From Mobula hypostoma (lineage: Eukaryota): a stretch of 64,000 nt of DNA. Where the stretch lies: positions 64,172,001 through 64,236,000 of the forward strand of contig NC_086108.1 in assembly GCF_963921235.1 (NCBI RefSeq). Reading direction: 5' to 3'. Under the pieces are notes generated by a model. That model made no database searches. It had not been told where the DNA came from and saw nothing but the letters and a program-made list of their open reading frames with translations. Both the position numbers and the translations under genes were made by a program. This document shows positions 13,130 to 23,255 of this stretch, piece by piece (position 1 is the first letter of the stretch; each line of letters starts with the position of its first letter).

Positions 13130-13900
13130 CTTGGCACTGTGCATTAGTTAGTATCCTTTCATATTGTTGCAAATCACAAAATTCTGCCAAGGCTAGTTTA
13201 GTCTTTGGTTTTATCTCCACTAAACAGTTGTTGTTTTTCTATTTGAAAACACTGCCCAACCAATTGAATTCTGACACATTTCCGTACTGTTTACTTTGCA
13301 TTAAAAAAAGTGTTTTTCTGTGACACCTTAGCAAAAACTATTGTCTGGATCTTCTTTGCTTCGGTGCCCAATTTTTCATTTACTGGCCTTCACAACTCCG
13401 TCTTTTAACTCCTGCTTATCCTTTACTGCCTTTGACATAAAATTAACGTTATCAACAAATGCAAAGTTGTTAATAATTCAGTCTTTCACTCCCTCCTTGG
13501 CACTCTTTAAGAGCATCAGTCGTGATCTTTTCAAGTATAAGTCAAACAGATGGAAAGAAAGTAAAGAGCCTTGTCTGCATCCTACTGTTGTATATAGCTC
13601 ATCTGCTAAGACCTGATTCTCCAAAAGTCTGATTGTATAATTGTTTTAAAAAGATCTTTGTTTCCATTCAAGCATTATATGGCTTTAAGACTGCCACCTT
13701 TTAGGGTTTCTAGGCTAATTCAAGGTTACATTGGTATAAAAAATTTACGTTAATTTTGCCAGTCGTCTGCCTTCATTGTCAAGTCAAAATCCTATTCACA
13801 TTCACTGGTTCCTGATTGAAATTAGCTTATTCATCTCATATGCAAGTGGGAAGCTTACTTCCAGCCTTCAAAACATATCAAGGCTGATTTCCATATTGAT
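13130..13900 (-). mobile_element. Ancient RTE-like LINE RT remnant
   Basis: Minus strand reads VGCRQGSLLSFHLFDLYL (about 13535-13590) and NNFAFVDNV (about 13445-13475), degenerate RT motifs. Confidence 0.55.
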
Positions 13901-14164
13901 CCAGGATTTGCTTTTGGACTTACTGTTTTATCATTATCAGTGTAATTTCTCTTTCTTTTGGAAAAGTCATGCTGAGTTAGTCAGATTAATTTTAGTTATC
14001 CCTCAAAACATTGTCTTGGCTCTGCATCAGTTTTGTCAGACTGGAGTGCCTTGGGATGTTTCACTTTATTGAAGGTGCAATATAAATACAAATTGTTGTT
14101 GCATATTAGAGAGCACAGATTGTGCATTAAGCTCACTGAAAGAAGTTGCTTTTATTTTTTTTTA

Positions 14165-14412
14165 GAGATTGAGCTCAGTAACAGGCCCTTCTAGATCAAC
14201 GAGCGCACATCACCCATTTACACCATGTGACCAATTAACCTACTGACCCACATAGCATGCCTTTGGAACATGGGAGGAAACCAGTGCGTCCGAAAGAAAG
14301 CGACACGGTCACAGGGAGAACTTACAAACTCCTTGTGGACAGTGTTGGAATTGAACGCGGGTCACTGATGCTGTAATAGTGTTGCACTAACCTCGATGTT
14401 ACCTTGCCACTC
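14165..14412 (-). mobile_element. HE1/V-SINE-like tRNA-derived SINE
   Basis: Minus strand shows gacccgcgttcaattcc B box, ggagtttgtaagttctccctgtgaccgtg core and agaagggcctgttac tail. Confidence 0.8.
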
Positions 14413-14642
14413 CAAATGTTCTGAGAATGTATTAGTTAACTAATTTCCTAGGATATTGCTGACAGGAAATAAGAACTGGATACCTTATAGCATTGACATT
14501 ACATTTATCTTTAGCTTCCTTGCATTTTCTACTTTTCTTTTTTTCAAATATGTTTGAGAACAGGAAAAGAACAAATTCCAAAGCATTAGCTCAGAAACAC
14601 TTAGTGTGTTGAAAAAGGATCTAGTGCCTTCCCAGTGTATAG

Positions 14643-14776
14643 ATGAATAGACTCTTCCTCGGGCTCCCAGCTGGGTACAGGTATCATTTCTGATGAAGAT
14701 GGCAGAAAATGTCGTCAAAACGTCGGCTATGATCGATACCTGCATCCAGCTGGAAGCCCAAGAAGAGTTTGTTCAT
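14643..14776 (+). mobile_element. Short hairpin element, probably Penelope-derived, enclosing a hammerhead core
   Basis: ~42-nt inverted arms at 14643-14685 and 14735-14776 flank CTGATGA-A-stemII-AAAA-CGTC. Confidence 0.7.
14690..14724 (+). ncRNA. Minimal hammerhead ribozyme core (G12>A variant)
   Basis: CTGATGA 14690-14696; stem II GATGGCA/TGTCGTC with GAAAA loop; AAAA in place of GAAA; CGTC. Confidence 0.65.
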
Positions 14777-15429
14777 TAAGTCTGTTGTTAAGTGACCCAG
14801 CAGTTCCTCCAATTCCACATGTGCATGAAAAAAGGGAAGTGTGGAACTATATTAAATAAATCTGACATTCCCTGGCATCTCTGAGATACTGCATCAAAAC
14901 GGTACATCAGGCTGTTAAATAAAAACCAAAAAAATTCCATTGAATTCTCAAAGAACTGCAGAATTATTCACTTTACATTAACCAATTGCAAACTAGACGT
15001 TATTATCAAGGAAAGTTACAATAATACTGTATTTATAGGTGGCTTGGTTTGCAGCTGCACCTTTAGCTCAATAATTTGAAACGTGAATTATTGAAACAGT
15101 GCCAACAGGTAAGCAATGCATCTGGGACACGATTAGTTAGAACCCTATATATCCATAACAAATAAGCTTGGAGGGCAGAACAGAGAGTGAGAAAAACTAT
15201 AAATTAAAATGTAAGTTTGTAATCAAACCAGGAGTAGAACAGAATGATAATAAAGAAAGAGTAAGAAAGTTTAAATTTAGAGATAAAGAAAAAAGTGGCA
15301 GAAAAAAGTTAAAATAAGCATCCATCAACAATTAATACTGGACGGAAGTTTGATACTTTATTTGTTATAGTTAATTTTCAATGTCAGAGCAGCTGATTGA
15401 TGATCATTTTCACATGACACGGTGTGATA

Positions 15430-15983
15430 TTGAAATGAATTGAATTGACTTTATTTCTTACATCCTTCATATACATGAGGAGTAAAAATCTTTACATTAC
15501 ATCTCCATCTAAGTGTGCAATGTGCAATTTATAGTAATTTATAATAAATAGTATGTACAACAGGACAGTCCATATAACATAAAAATACAATTGTATCAGC
15601 ATGAATTAATCAGTCTGTTGTCCTGGTGGAAGAAGCTGTCCCAGAGCCTGTTGATCCTGGCTTTTATACTGTGATACCATTTCCTGGACGGTAGCAGCTG
15701 GAACAGTTTGTGGTTGGGGTGACTCGGGTCCCCAATAATCCTTCGGGGCCTTTTTACACACCTGTCTTTGTAAATGTCCTGAATAGTGGGAAGTTCACAT
15801 CTACAGGTTTGCTCGGCTGTCCGCACCACTCTCTCTGCAGGGTCCTGTGATTGAGCAAAGTACAGTTCCCATACCAGGTGGTGATGCAGCCAGTCAGGAT
15901 GCTCTCAATTGTGCCCCTGTAGAAAGTTCTTAGGATTTGGGGACCCGTACTAATCTTCTTCAACCGTTTGGGTGAAAGAGCGT
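15430..15983 (-). mobile_element. Rex/Babar LINE 3' fragment
   Basis: TFYRGTIESILTGCITTWYG; PSHPNHKLFQLLPS..DSFFHQ; (caatt)n tail on the minus strand. Confidence 0.9.
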
Positions 15984-16181
15984 ATTTACTGCTGGTGGTA
16001 ACAAGACTGAGATGTCTGCAGTAGTTTAGTTTATATCCACAGCATAGTTATAGCTAGATGTTATTTGGGTAACTCATTACACCAAGACACAAACAACTAC
16101 AATAGGATATATGCTTTCTAATTGTTTTTCAGTCTCTTTTGAAAGCAGCGCCACTAGCCCCAGTCCTACTTTCTCTCTGAA

Positions 16182-17051
16182 TGTCATGGTCTGGATCAGT
16201 TTCCCTTTAAATTTACTTTGTTTATGTTATGATCCAGACCATTGACTCCCTGTTTCCCTTTGGTTCCCGGTTTTCCCGTGTCCTTTGGGCTTGGTGCTTA
16301 GAGGCAATTTACTCTCGGCTGAACCGGCAGTTTATAAGTCTCCGGCTTTCAGCTGTTCGGCGCGAGAGTGTTAATGAAGTCACCGAAGGTAGTGCGAGCC
16401 AGTGTCATCTGGCCGGAGCCAACTAAGTTTCTTGCCGGAGCAAACCTAGTCTCCTCCCAAAGCAAGTGCCAGCAAGCCGCCTTCCCTTGCCAGAGGGGGT
16501 CGGTCAAAGTTAACCCGCTGGGGTGAGTCAAGAGCTCGCCACGGCTTGGAGCGTACTTGTGCCCAATTATAGTACTGTCCATCGTTGTGTGGTCTCCATA
16601 TCCATGTCCTGTGTCTAAAAGGGGTCCCAGCCCTGTACCCTGGAAGGGTCCTGACCCTGTGTCATGAAGAGTCCCGACTCCGTCCTGTGTCTAAGGAGGA
16701 TTCCCGGCTCTATGTTTTATGTCCTGTGTCTGAGTCTGTCCCGTGAATAAGAAGAGACCCTGGTTCCGAGGTTTCAAGTATCAAGTCCTGGCTCTGGGGG
16801 TTTCAGGTATCAAGTCCTGGCTCAGGGGGTTTCAAGTGTCATGTCCTGGCTCCGAGGTCCATGATTCCGAGTCCTAGCCCAGACCCTTAGTCCCGGCCTA
16901 GTCCAGGGTCTGAGTCTTTGTCCATTACGTTATTTCTGCTTCTGCTTTGCTCTCCTTGTAACGAGCAATAAACTCAATTTAGTTAACCTCACAAACAGTG
17001 TTTTTGTGTCCTGCAGTTGGGTCCACCAACGCCCCCCCCCCCCGTGTGACA
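16182..17051 (+). mobile_element. Solo LTR
   Basis: TGTCA...TGACA termini; perfect 5-bp TSD CTGAA (16177-16181, 17052-17056); AATAAA near 16967; internal ~29-bp tandem repeats at about 16760-16880. Confidence 0.9.
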
Positions 17052-17289
17052 CTGAACTTATAACTTATCATACATACTCTTTCCCATCCAATACTGACCA
17101 TGTAGGATCAGCCAGTAGATCAACTTCTACTGTCTCTCTCTGTATATTTCTCCAGAACACCCAATGACTGAAGAGCCCTTGCTATTCATGAGCTTACTGT
17201 GTGTAATCATACTGACATCCGTCCCCACATGAAACCTTTGCATGTGGTTAGAACTGACACAACAGCCTTGCCCAGCTTGTCACTGAGAC

Positions 17290-17830
17290 TATTGTGACAC
17301 TTTTCACCATATCTAACCCTCTGCTTCTCCAGCACTTTCCTTTCTTCCAACCATTTCACCTCTCATGCCTCTTATTTTTCACCTCATACTCAAGTACCAG
17401 AAAAAAATAATCTTGCAGGATAAGCTCACAATTTTTCTCTGAGTGGACACATTACAACTTTCAGTAATGAACATTAAATACAATTCCAGCTAACCACATT
17501 TTTTTTTCGCTCATCTCTTCTGGTTTTTCAAATTTCATTTCTCTCTTCTTTAGTTTTCCTTTAGGCATTCCTCTGTCAGCCTTTTTCTTCAGCCATAAAT
17601 GGTCTCTCTCAGTTTTCCCACGCCATCAAAGACATAGCTCCTGCTGAGTATAAAATCATTCTCCTACCATTCTCCCTTCTGTTCAACTTAAAACTTGTTT
17701 CATTTCCATTTTCCCCACTTTTCGATATAAAATTACTGGGCTGAGATGCTGCCTCTCTTCCTCTTCACAGAAACTCAGTTATTGGCTGAGTATTTCAGCT
17801 CTTATGAAGTTATCATTTTTCAGCACAGCT
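17290..17830 (+). mobile_element. Old Penelope-like 3' fragment
   Basis: Degenerate GIY-YIG C-terminus (aagcatttt- and atgaacattaa-like segments), pyrimidine-rich UTR and gctgagtatttcagc end. Confidence 0.45.
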
Positions 17831-19146
17831 AAACTTTCTAGTTTTTCTTAAATTTTCCAACATCTAGCAATTCAATAAAACCCTTATATAATTCTTGCAA
17901 CATCTTCTCTCTTGTTATAACCCAACAATAAGTAGCCATTTGTTATCCCATGCATGCCTTCTGCCTCCTTCACTGCAGATTCCTATCTTTATGGCCTATG
18001 ACCAGTGCCATCTTCCTTTCTATTACATTTATGCTTATGGGATAGTATTGGATTGCTTTATCTTCCTTTTATCTTCCAATTAATAGTTCCTTCTCCTCAG
18101 ACACCAAACTAATTCATGACCTGGGCAAGATATTGTTTCTTTGTGCCCGACACCATTGTTGCTTTAGGCTATAAATATCAGGGATTTAGATTGCCAACTG
18201 AGCCTTGGAAAATTGCTGCTCTTGGGCTTTGTGTTGCGCAAGCAAGGTGGTTACAATGCTTCAATACTGGAGGAAGTGATTGTTTTGCCTTTATAGATGA
18301 TGTAACAATTAAGTAGATTGCTTTGTATTGCTATGACCATCCTGAGTGTTGTTCAAACTATTCTCATCTGAGCAAATAGACTATATCCATTATTCTCTTA
18401 ACATGTGCCTTAAGGATGGTAGCAAGACTTTAGAGGTTTAAGATCTGAGTCAGTTGCAATAGAATAATCTGCCTTTATCTAATTTATTAATTTATGTATT
18501 TAGTGTATGTACCTTTTGTTTGTGGTTAATTGTGACAGTGAGGAATATAGTGGTGATAATATTTCCAAATATCCAAGGGAATTCACTAGACCCTCCCTTG
18601 CAGAAGGTGGCATTGCCTGAAACTTACCTACAACTTATCACTTCAAATCTATATGTTGTCTGGGTGTTACTGCACACAAAGAAAGATTGCTTCATTATCT
18701 GAGGAATTTAACATGTAAGCATCATTATTATTGGCATTTTGATGGAAAGGAGATTACTGATTACGTTTTTGAAGGTGTTTAAGCCTTGACCTTTGCCCGA
18801 ACAAAATTCTGCAGCAAAGCCCTATGCAATGATGATTATCTCTGACATCATCATGTATCTTCCTGTGTGTGTGCAAATATACCAGGTAGCATTGACTATC
18901 GCCCCCTTTATTCCTGTTAGCCTATTTTATTCAAGAACATTGATGCTGCAATCAGAGATCAAGCAAGGGTTGGTTAGGCAATTGGGCAGACATTGGTCAA
19001 CTGATGGTTGGCTGTCAGGCAGAAGATGGAGGGTACCTGGGGTTGTGCAGATGATCAAGGTAAGGTCAAGCCTGGGGCAGGGACTAATTAATCAGGTTGG
19101 GCTGATTATATGATCAGCCTCACATACAAAGGGGTAGTCAGGCAAA

Positions 19147-19471
19147 GGTTCCTTAAGGTTGTTACTAGCTGGGGATGGTGGTGGGGAAAAGCTCCTACCA
19201 CCTATTAAATTACAAACAAGGGAAAATCTGCAGATGCTGGAAATCCAAGCAACACACACAAAATGCTGGAGGATCTCAGCAGGCCAGGTGGCATCTATGG
19301 AAAAAAGTACAGTTTTGGGCTGAGACCGTTCAGCAGGATGGACTGGTTACTACCTATTAAATGCTCCCAATTGGGTGCGCCTCAAATAGCCTCTGACAAC
19401 TATGTCCAACTCTTGGCCTTCACGCATGGCTTAGTTATTAAGCTCGGGGGAAATGTTTCTACTGACAGGAG
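19147..19471 (+). ncRNA. Degenerate HDV-like ribozyme with L3 hairpin insertion
   Basis: P1 GGTTCC/GGAAAT, P2 CTCTTG/CAGGAG, P3 GCC/GGG, L3 TTCACG plus hairpin, linker G-TTTCTA-CTGA. Confidence 0.55.
19211..19347 (-). mobile_element. Penelope terminal fragment inserted in element 1
   Basis: aacacacacaaaatgctggagg..gcatctatgg motif; 15-bp TSD TAC(C/T)ACCTATTAAAT at 19196-19210 and 19348-19362. Confidence 0.85.
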
Positions 19472-20345
19472 AAGGGGCAAAGGTGCCTTAAAACCTCTTG
19501 CTTCATGCAGATGGGGTCATCAGCCGTGGTTGGTAGCTCATCTACAAGAAGGAAATCTCTGATCTCAAACCTTCGCTGCCTTGCTCATGGGGAAGGCTTT
19601 GGGAGTTAACACCAAGGAAAAATCCAGAGCTGGATTCTCCAAGGCAGTCCTATGTTGAGTTCAACACTGACTGGAAACTCCTGAATGCTGCTGGTGACAA
19701 ACTATATCAGTCCCTGCCGTTCCTTTGCATTCATCAGTTGCATGGGGAGGGTAAGTGAGCAACAATTTATTCTCCTTATTGTACCACCCTGATTTGCGTA
19801 TCATGTAGACAGTTGCACACAGCATCCATTGTTGACTTCAACCATTGGAGGGTCTCATTAGTCAGGCATATACTGGGCAGCCAATGTCACTGGATGTTGA
19901 GGACCAGCAGTGAGGCTAATAGGCGACTGTGGAGAATGGTCGTGACAGAAAGTTAATGTAGGCACTTGGAGAAAGTTTAATGCCTCATATTCCCTGACTG
20001 TGACCAAGTTGGAGTAGAGTCATTTAACTCCACAGAGCTAGACTTTGACCCACTGATTGAGATCAGCCAGAACTTTTCCGGAATTTGTTTGGAAGTGGAA
20101 TTTTGCATTAAGTGAAATGAGTATTGTGTACCAGTTGATAGCAACACACCTGAATACAAGGCTCTGGGTGACTGCACATCACAAAAATGAAAGTACCAGC
20201 AAAAGTTTCAGCCCCCCGTCTTTTACTCAACCCTAAAAACAACGAACTCAGAAATAACATTTGCTCACTCCTGTTCAATGGCATCAGCAAATGAGCTCTT
20301 TTACTGTTCTATCGTCACCAAATAAACAACTTGTTCTATCCTACA

Positions 20346-20554
20346 GGGGATGGGTGAGTCTCAGACAGGACATTGTGCTCATTTAAGGAAGATGAAGGGT
20401 CTCTCATAGCCTCTCCTTTCCAGGTGTAGTGATCGCCGCAGGACCACTGTTTGGCTTGCCATGCAGGAGGTGACTCGCATATGGCCTTTCCTACACTACT
20501 GTGCCCATAGTAACGCCTTCACGCGGCATCCCTGTTTTTACTGAGTTTGCTATG
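20346..20554 (+). ncRNA. HDV-like self-cleaving ribozyme (no P4, long J1/2)
   Basis: P1 GGGGAT/ATCCCT, P2 CATAGTAAC/GTTTGCTATG, P3 GCC/GGC, L3 TTCACGC, J4/2 CTGA with candidate catalytic C20541. Confidence 0.78.
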
Positions 20555-20859
20555 TCACGGTAGGACCAAGTGTCCAGCGGTATAATGGGGCGGACAGGCT
20601 GGACTCATCAGTCTTGGTTGGCACCTGGTCTGAGAGAAGGACAACTGCAATTCCAAACCCGGGTAGATGGGACTTTTTAGCCTTGCCAGGCAGTCTGTCT
20701 AGGAGAAGGAAAACACCGATACTCAACCTATAGTCTTGCGGTCGCCACAGTCGTCAAGCTCACTCTGCCATTCTGGACATCCCCTGCCTAAAGAGTGGAA
20801 TCGGTCGGTGTGCACCGATCCTCACTATAAACCTACACAGCGCAGGCAGGAAGAAAAAT
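20346..20859 (+). mobile_element. Short non-autonomous RTE-related retroposon (element 2)
   Basis: 7-bp TSD TCCTACA (20339-20345, 20860-20866); duplicated tctaggagaaggaaaac-type motif; 3' stem ATCGGT/ACCGAT; GAAGAAAAA tail. Confidence 0.75.
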
Positions 20860-21299
20860 TCCTACAGCAATGGAGAAGGGCTCCTCTACAGTCACCAGCG
20901 ATCGTGCCATTGCCCCTGAGGACTCTTCTTTGCTCCTGATCTTCTCAGGTGAAGAACCAGCCATCATCATCATCATCCGTCGTATGGTGTCATCTTTTGG
21001 CATCTTCTTTGAAGCAGGATTGGTTCCCTGTCTTAACAGTAATGAAATACTGTAGTATGATGTAATAAAATTCTGTTGCTTCTGGTGGCTCAAACTGCCC
21101 GAAGGATTCTCAGTTTTGGTTAGTCGGTTCTGTTGTGAATCAAAATGAAAATACAAAATTAAAAATGTAAAAGTGTCTATAATTCATGGTGGTGACCATT
21201 TGTCAGCACTGAAGGGCAGACAGCAGAAAAGTGAGGTAAACCTGGGACATCAGAGACAGCCTGCTATCCTGTACTCCCTGTGGCTTTGTAAGTTTGTTT

Positions 21300-21445
21300 T
21301 TCTCCTTCTCAGTTCTGACGACATATCTCTGACCTGAAATATTCACTCCGCTTATTTTCCCATAAATGTGGTCTGACCTGCTGAGTATCTCCAGTATTTT
21401 CTGCTTTTGTTCTGCCTTAGATTTCCAGCATCTGTAGATTTTTTT
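21300..21445 (+). mobile_element. Penelope terminal fragment with hammerhead remnant
   Basis: cagttCTGACGA..GAAAtattc followed by ctgacctgctgagtatctccag..ttccagcatctg. Confidence 0.65.
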
Positions 21446-21534
21446 GACTTTTTTTGTTCAGAATCTATGATCTTAGATGTGTTGGAGTATAGGAAGAAGA
21501 TGGTTTAGTAATATGGCATTATGACAAAAATCTT

Positions 21535-22350
21535 TTCCTCAATTTCAGCAAAGCTAAAGAGCTGGTCATTAACTTCAGGAAGGCGGGAGAGGGGACAGTG
21601 CATATGTTTCTGTCTACATCAGTGGTGCTGAGGTCAAAAAAGTAGAGAGTTTCAAGTACTTAGTAGAGAAAATTGTCCCAATCTAACAACATACCTGTAA
21701 ATGCCACGGCCAAGAAAGTTAACCAATGCCTCTACTTCCTCAGGAGGCTACATGTCCCTATTGACCCATTGCCAATTTTTTTTGATGCATCATAGAAAGC
21801 ATCCTATCTGTATGCTTCACAGGCTGGAATAGCGACTGTTCTGCCACGACTGCAAGAAAACCCAGACAGCTCAGCACATCACAGAAACATGTCTTCCCTC
21901 CAAGAACTCTGTTTATACTTCTTACTGCCTCCATAAGGCAGCCAGCACAATAAAGGATCTTGCCCACCCTGGACATTCTTTCTTCCCCCTCCCCTATCAG
22001 ACAGAAGATACAAGATCCTGAAAGCACGTACCCACCAGGCTCAAGAAAACCTTCTATCCCACCGTTAAAAGACTATTGAATGCTTTCTTTGTATGGACTC
22101 TTGACTCTTGACTCTTGACCTCTCTTGACTCTTGACTGTTGGATTCTTGACCTTACAATCTATTTTGTTATGACCTTGCACCTATTGTCAACCTGCGGAA
22201 ATTTCTTTATAACTGTTACACTTTCTGATATTGTTTTACCTTATCCTACCTCAATGCATAGTGTAGGACAATTCATAATGAACTGTCTATGAACAATATG
22301 CAATCAAGCATTTCACTGTACCTCAGTACATGTGAGAATAATAAACTAAT
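21535..22350 (+). mobile_element. Rex/Babar LINE 3' fragment
   Basis: KAKELVINFRK, IESIL, HPGHSFF motifs; aataaac tail; internal (GACTCTT)n at about 22095-22152. Confidence 0.8.
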
Positions 22351-22904
22351 AACAAATCCAATTAGTATAATGATAAAGTCATACCACATAGTGAAGAGTG
22401 CCCAGAATATGAAGATGGGATTCTATCTCAAGAAAAGCTATACAATAGTCACTCTCACAAATACTGGGTAATAGGAGGATTAAAAACTGCTCTTGCCACT
22501 AGCCCAGTCTGGTGTATCAGTCTATCAGCATAGATTCAGTCTTACTGTTGATTATTCAATTCCTCTCCCAGATAGAATGACAAGAATGTTTATTATGCCC
22601 TACAAAACCCCATGAAGTCCCAAATTGATATATAATCAATAAGGTGCTTTTTGAAGTGTCATTACACCATGAGGTGTACAGTCAATAAGACCCTGAAATT
22701 AGTAGAAGCTGCAATTTAGGTGAACCATAGGTATTTACGGGAGAACTTATGAATGGCTGTATGTTTGGTACCATGTACCAGCTGCCCGCCGAATAAACGG
22801 AGGAATTGTAAACTGAATGATGTTTTCTGGTATTCCATGTGACAGGCAGAAAATGACCAGAGGCAAAGAAACTCAGGACTGCAGTGACATTACCTGTAGC
22901 AGCA

Positions 22905-23255
22905 CAAGCATTGGTATAGCAGCAGAGTGATATTGTTAGTAATCCAGTAAACCTCAGGAGGTGAAATCAAAATCCCACCACAGCAGTTGTGGAGTTTAAT
23001 TTCAAGTCATTTAGAATAAATTTTGAATTAAAGGTTACTGCTATTTGTAAAACTACTAGACTATTATAAATCATGTCTGGTTCATTCATGTCCTTTTTGG
23101 AAAGGAAATCTGCCATCTTTGCCCGATGAGCCCATTTGTTATCTGACCAGCAGCAATGTGCCTGACTTTGAGCAGTCGGATGATCATACAACTAAGAATG
23201 GCCAATAAAAGGTGACCAGCCAACATTGTCCATCTCCTTTGAGTGAATATAATAA
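22905..23255 (+). mobile_element. Old tRNA-derived SINE with LINE-type tail
   Basis: tagtaatccag..aaatcccaccacagcag head; ggaaggaaatctgccatc-type core; tail resembles those near 12900-13000 and 29650-29690. Confidence 0.55.

Larger units (their letters stand above)
19147..19858 (+). mobile_element. Short non-autonomous RTE-related retroposon (element 1)
   Basis: 12-bp TSD TAGTCAGGCAAA (19135-19146)/TAGTCAGGCATA (19859-19870); RTE 5' UTR-type motif tctacaagaaggaaatctctgatctcaaac; 3' stem-loop; no real ORF. Confidence 0.75.

Noticed and set aside
16760..16880. CRISPR-like repeat array
   Set aside because: Head-to-tail LTR-internal tandem repeats without unique spacers, in a vertebrate context.
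19100..19119. Small hairpin GGCTGAT/ATCAGCC and other short palindromes (about 1822-1838, 49263-49282)
   Set aside because: Short enough to occur by chance in 64 kb, with no supporting context.
20962..20978. (CAT)n run as the tail of element 2
   Set aside because: The TSD TCCTACA closes the element at 20859, so the microsatellite lies outside it.
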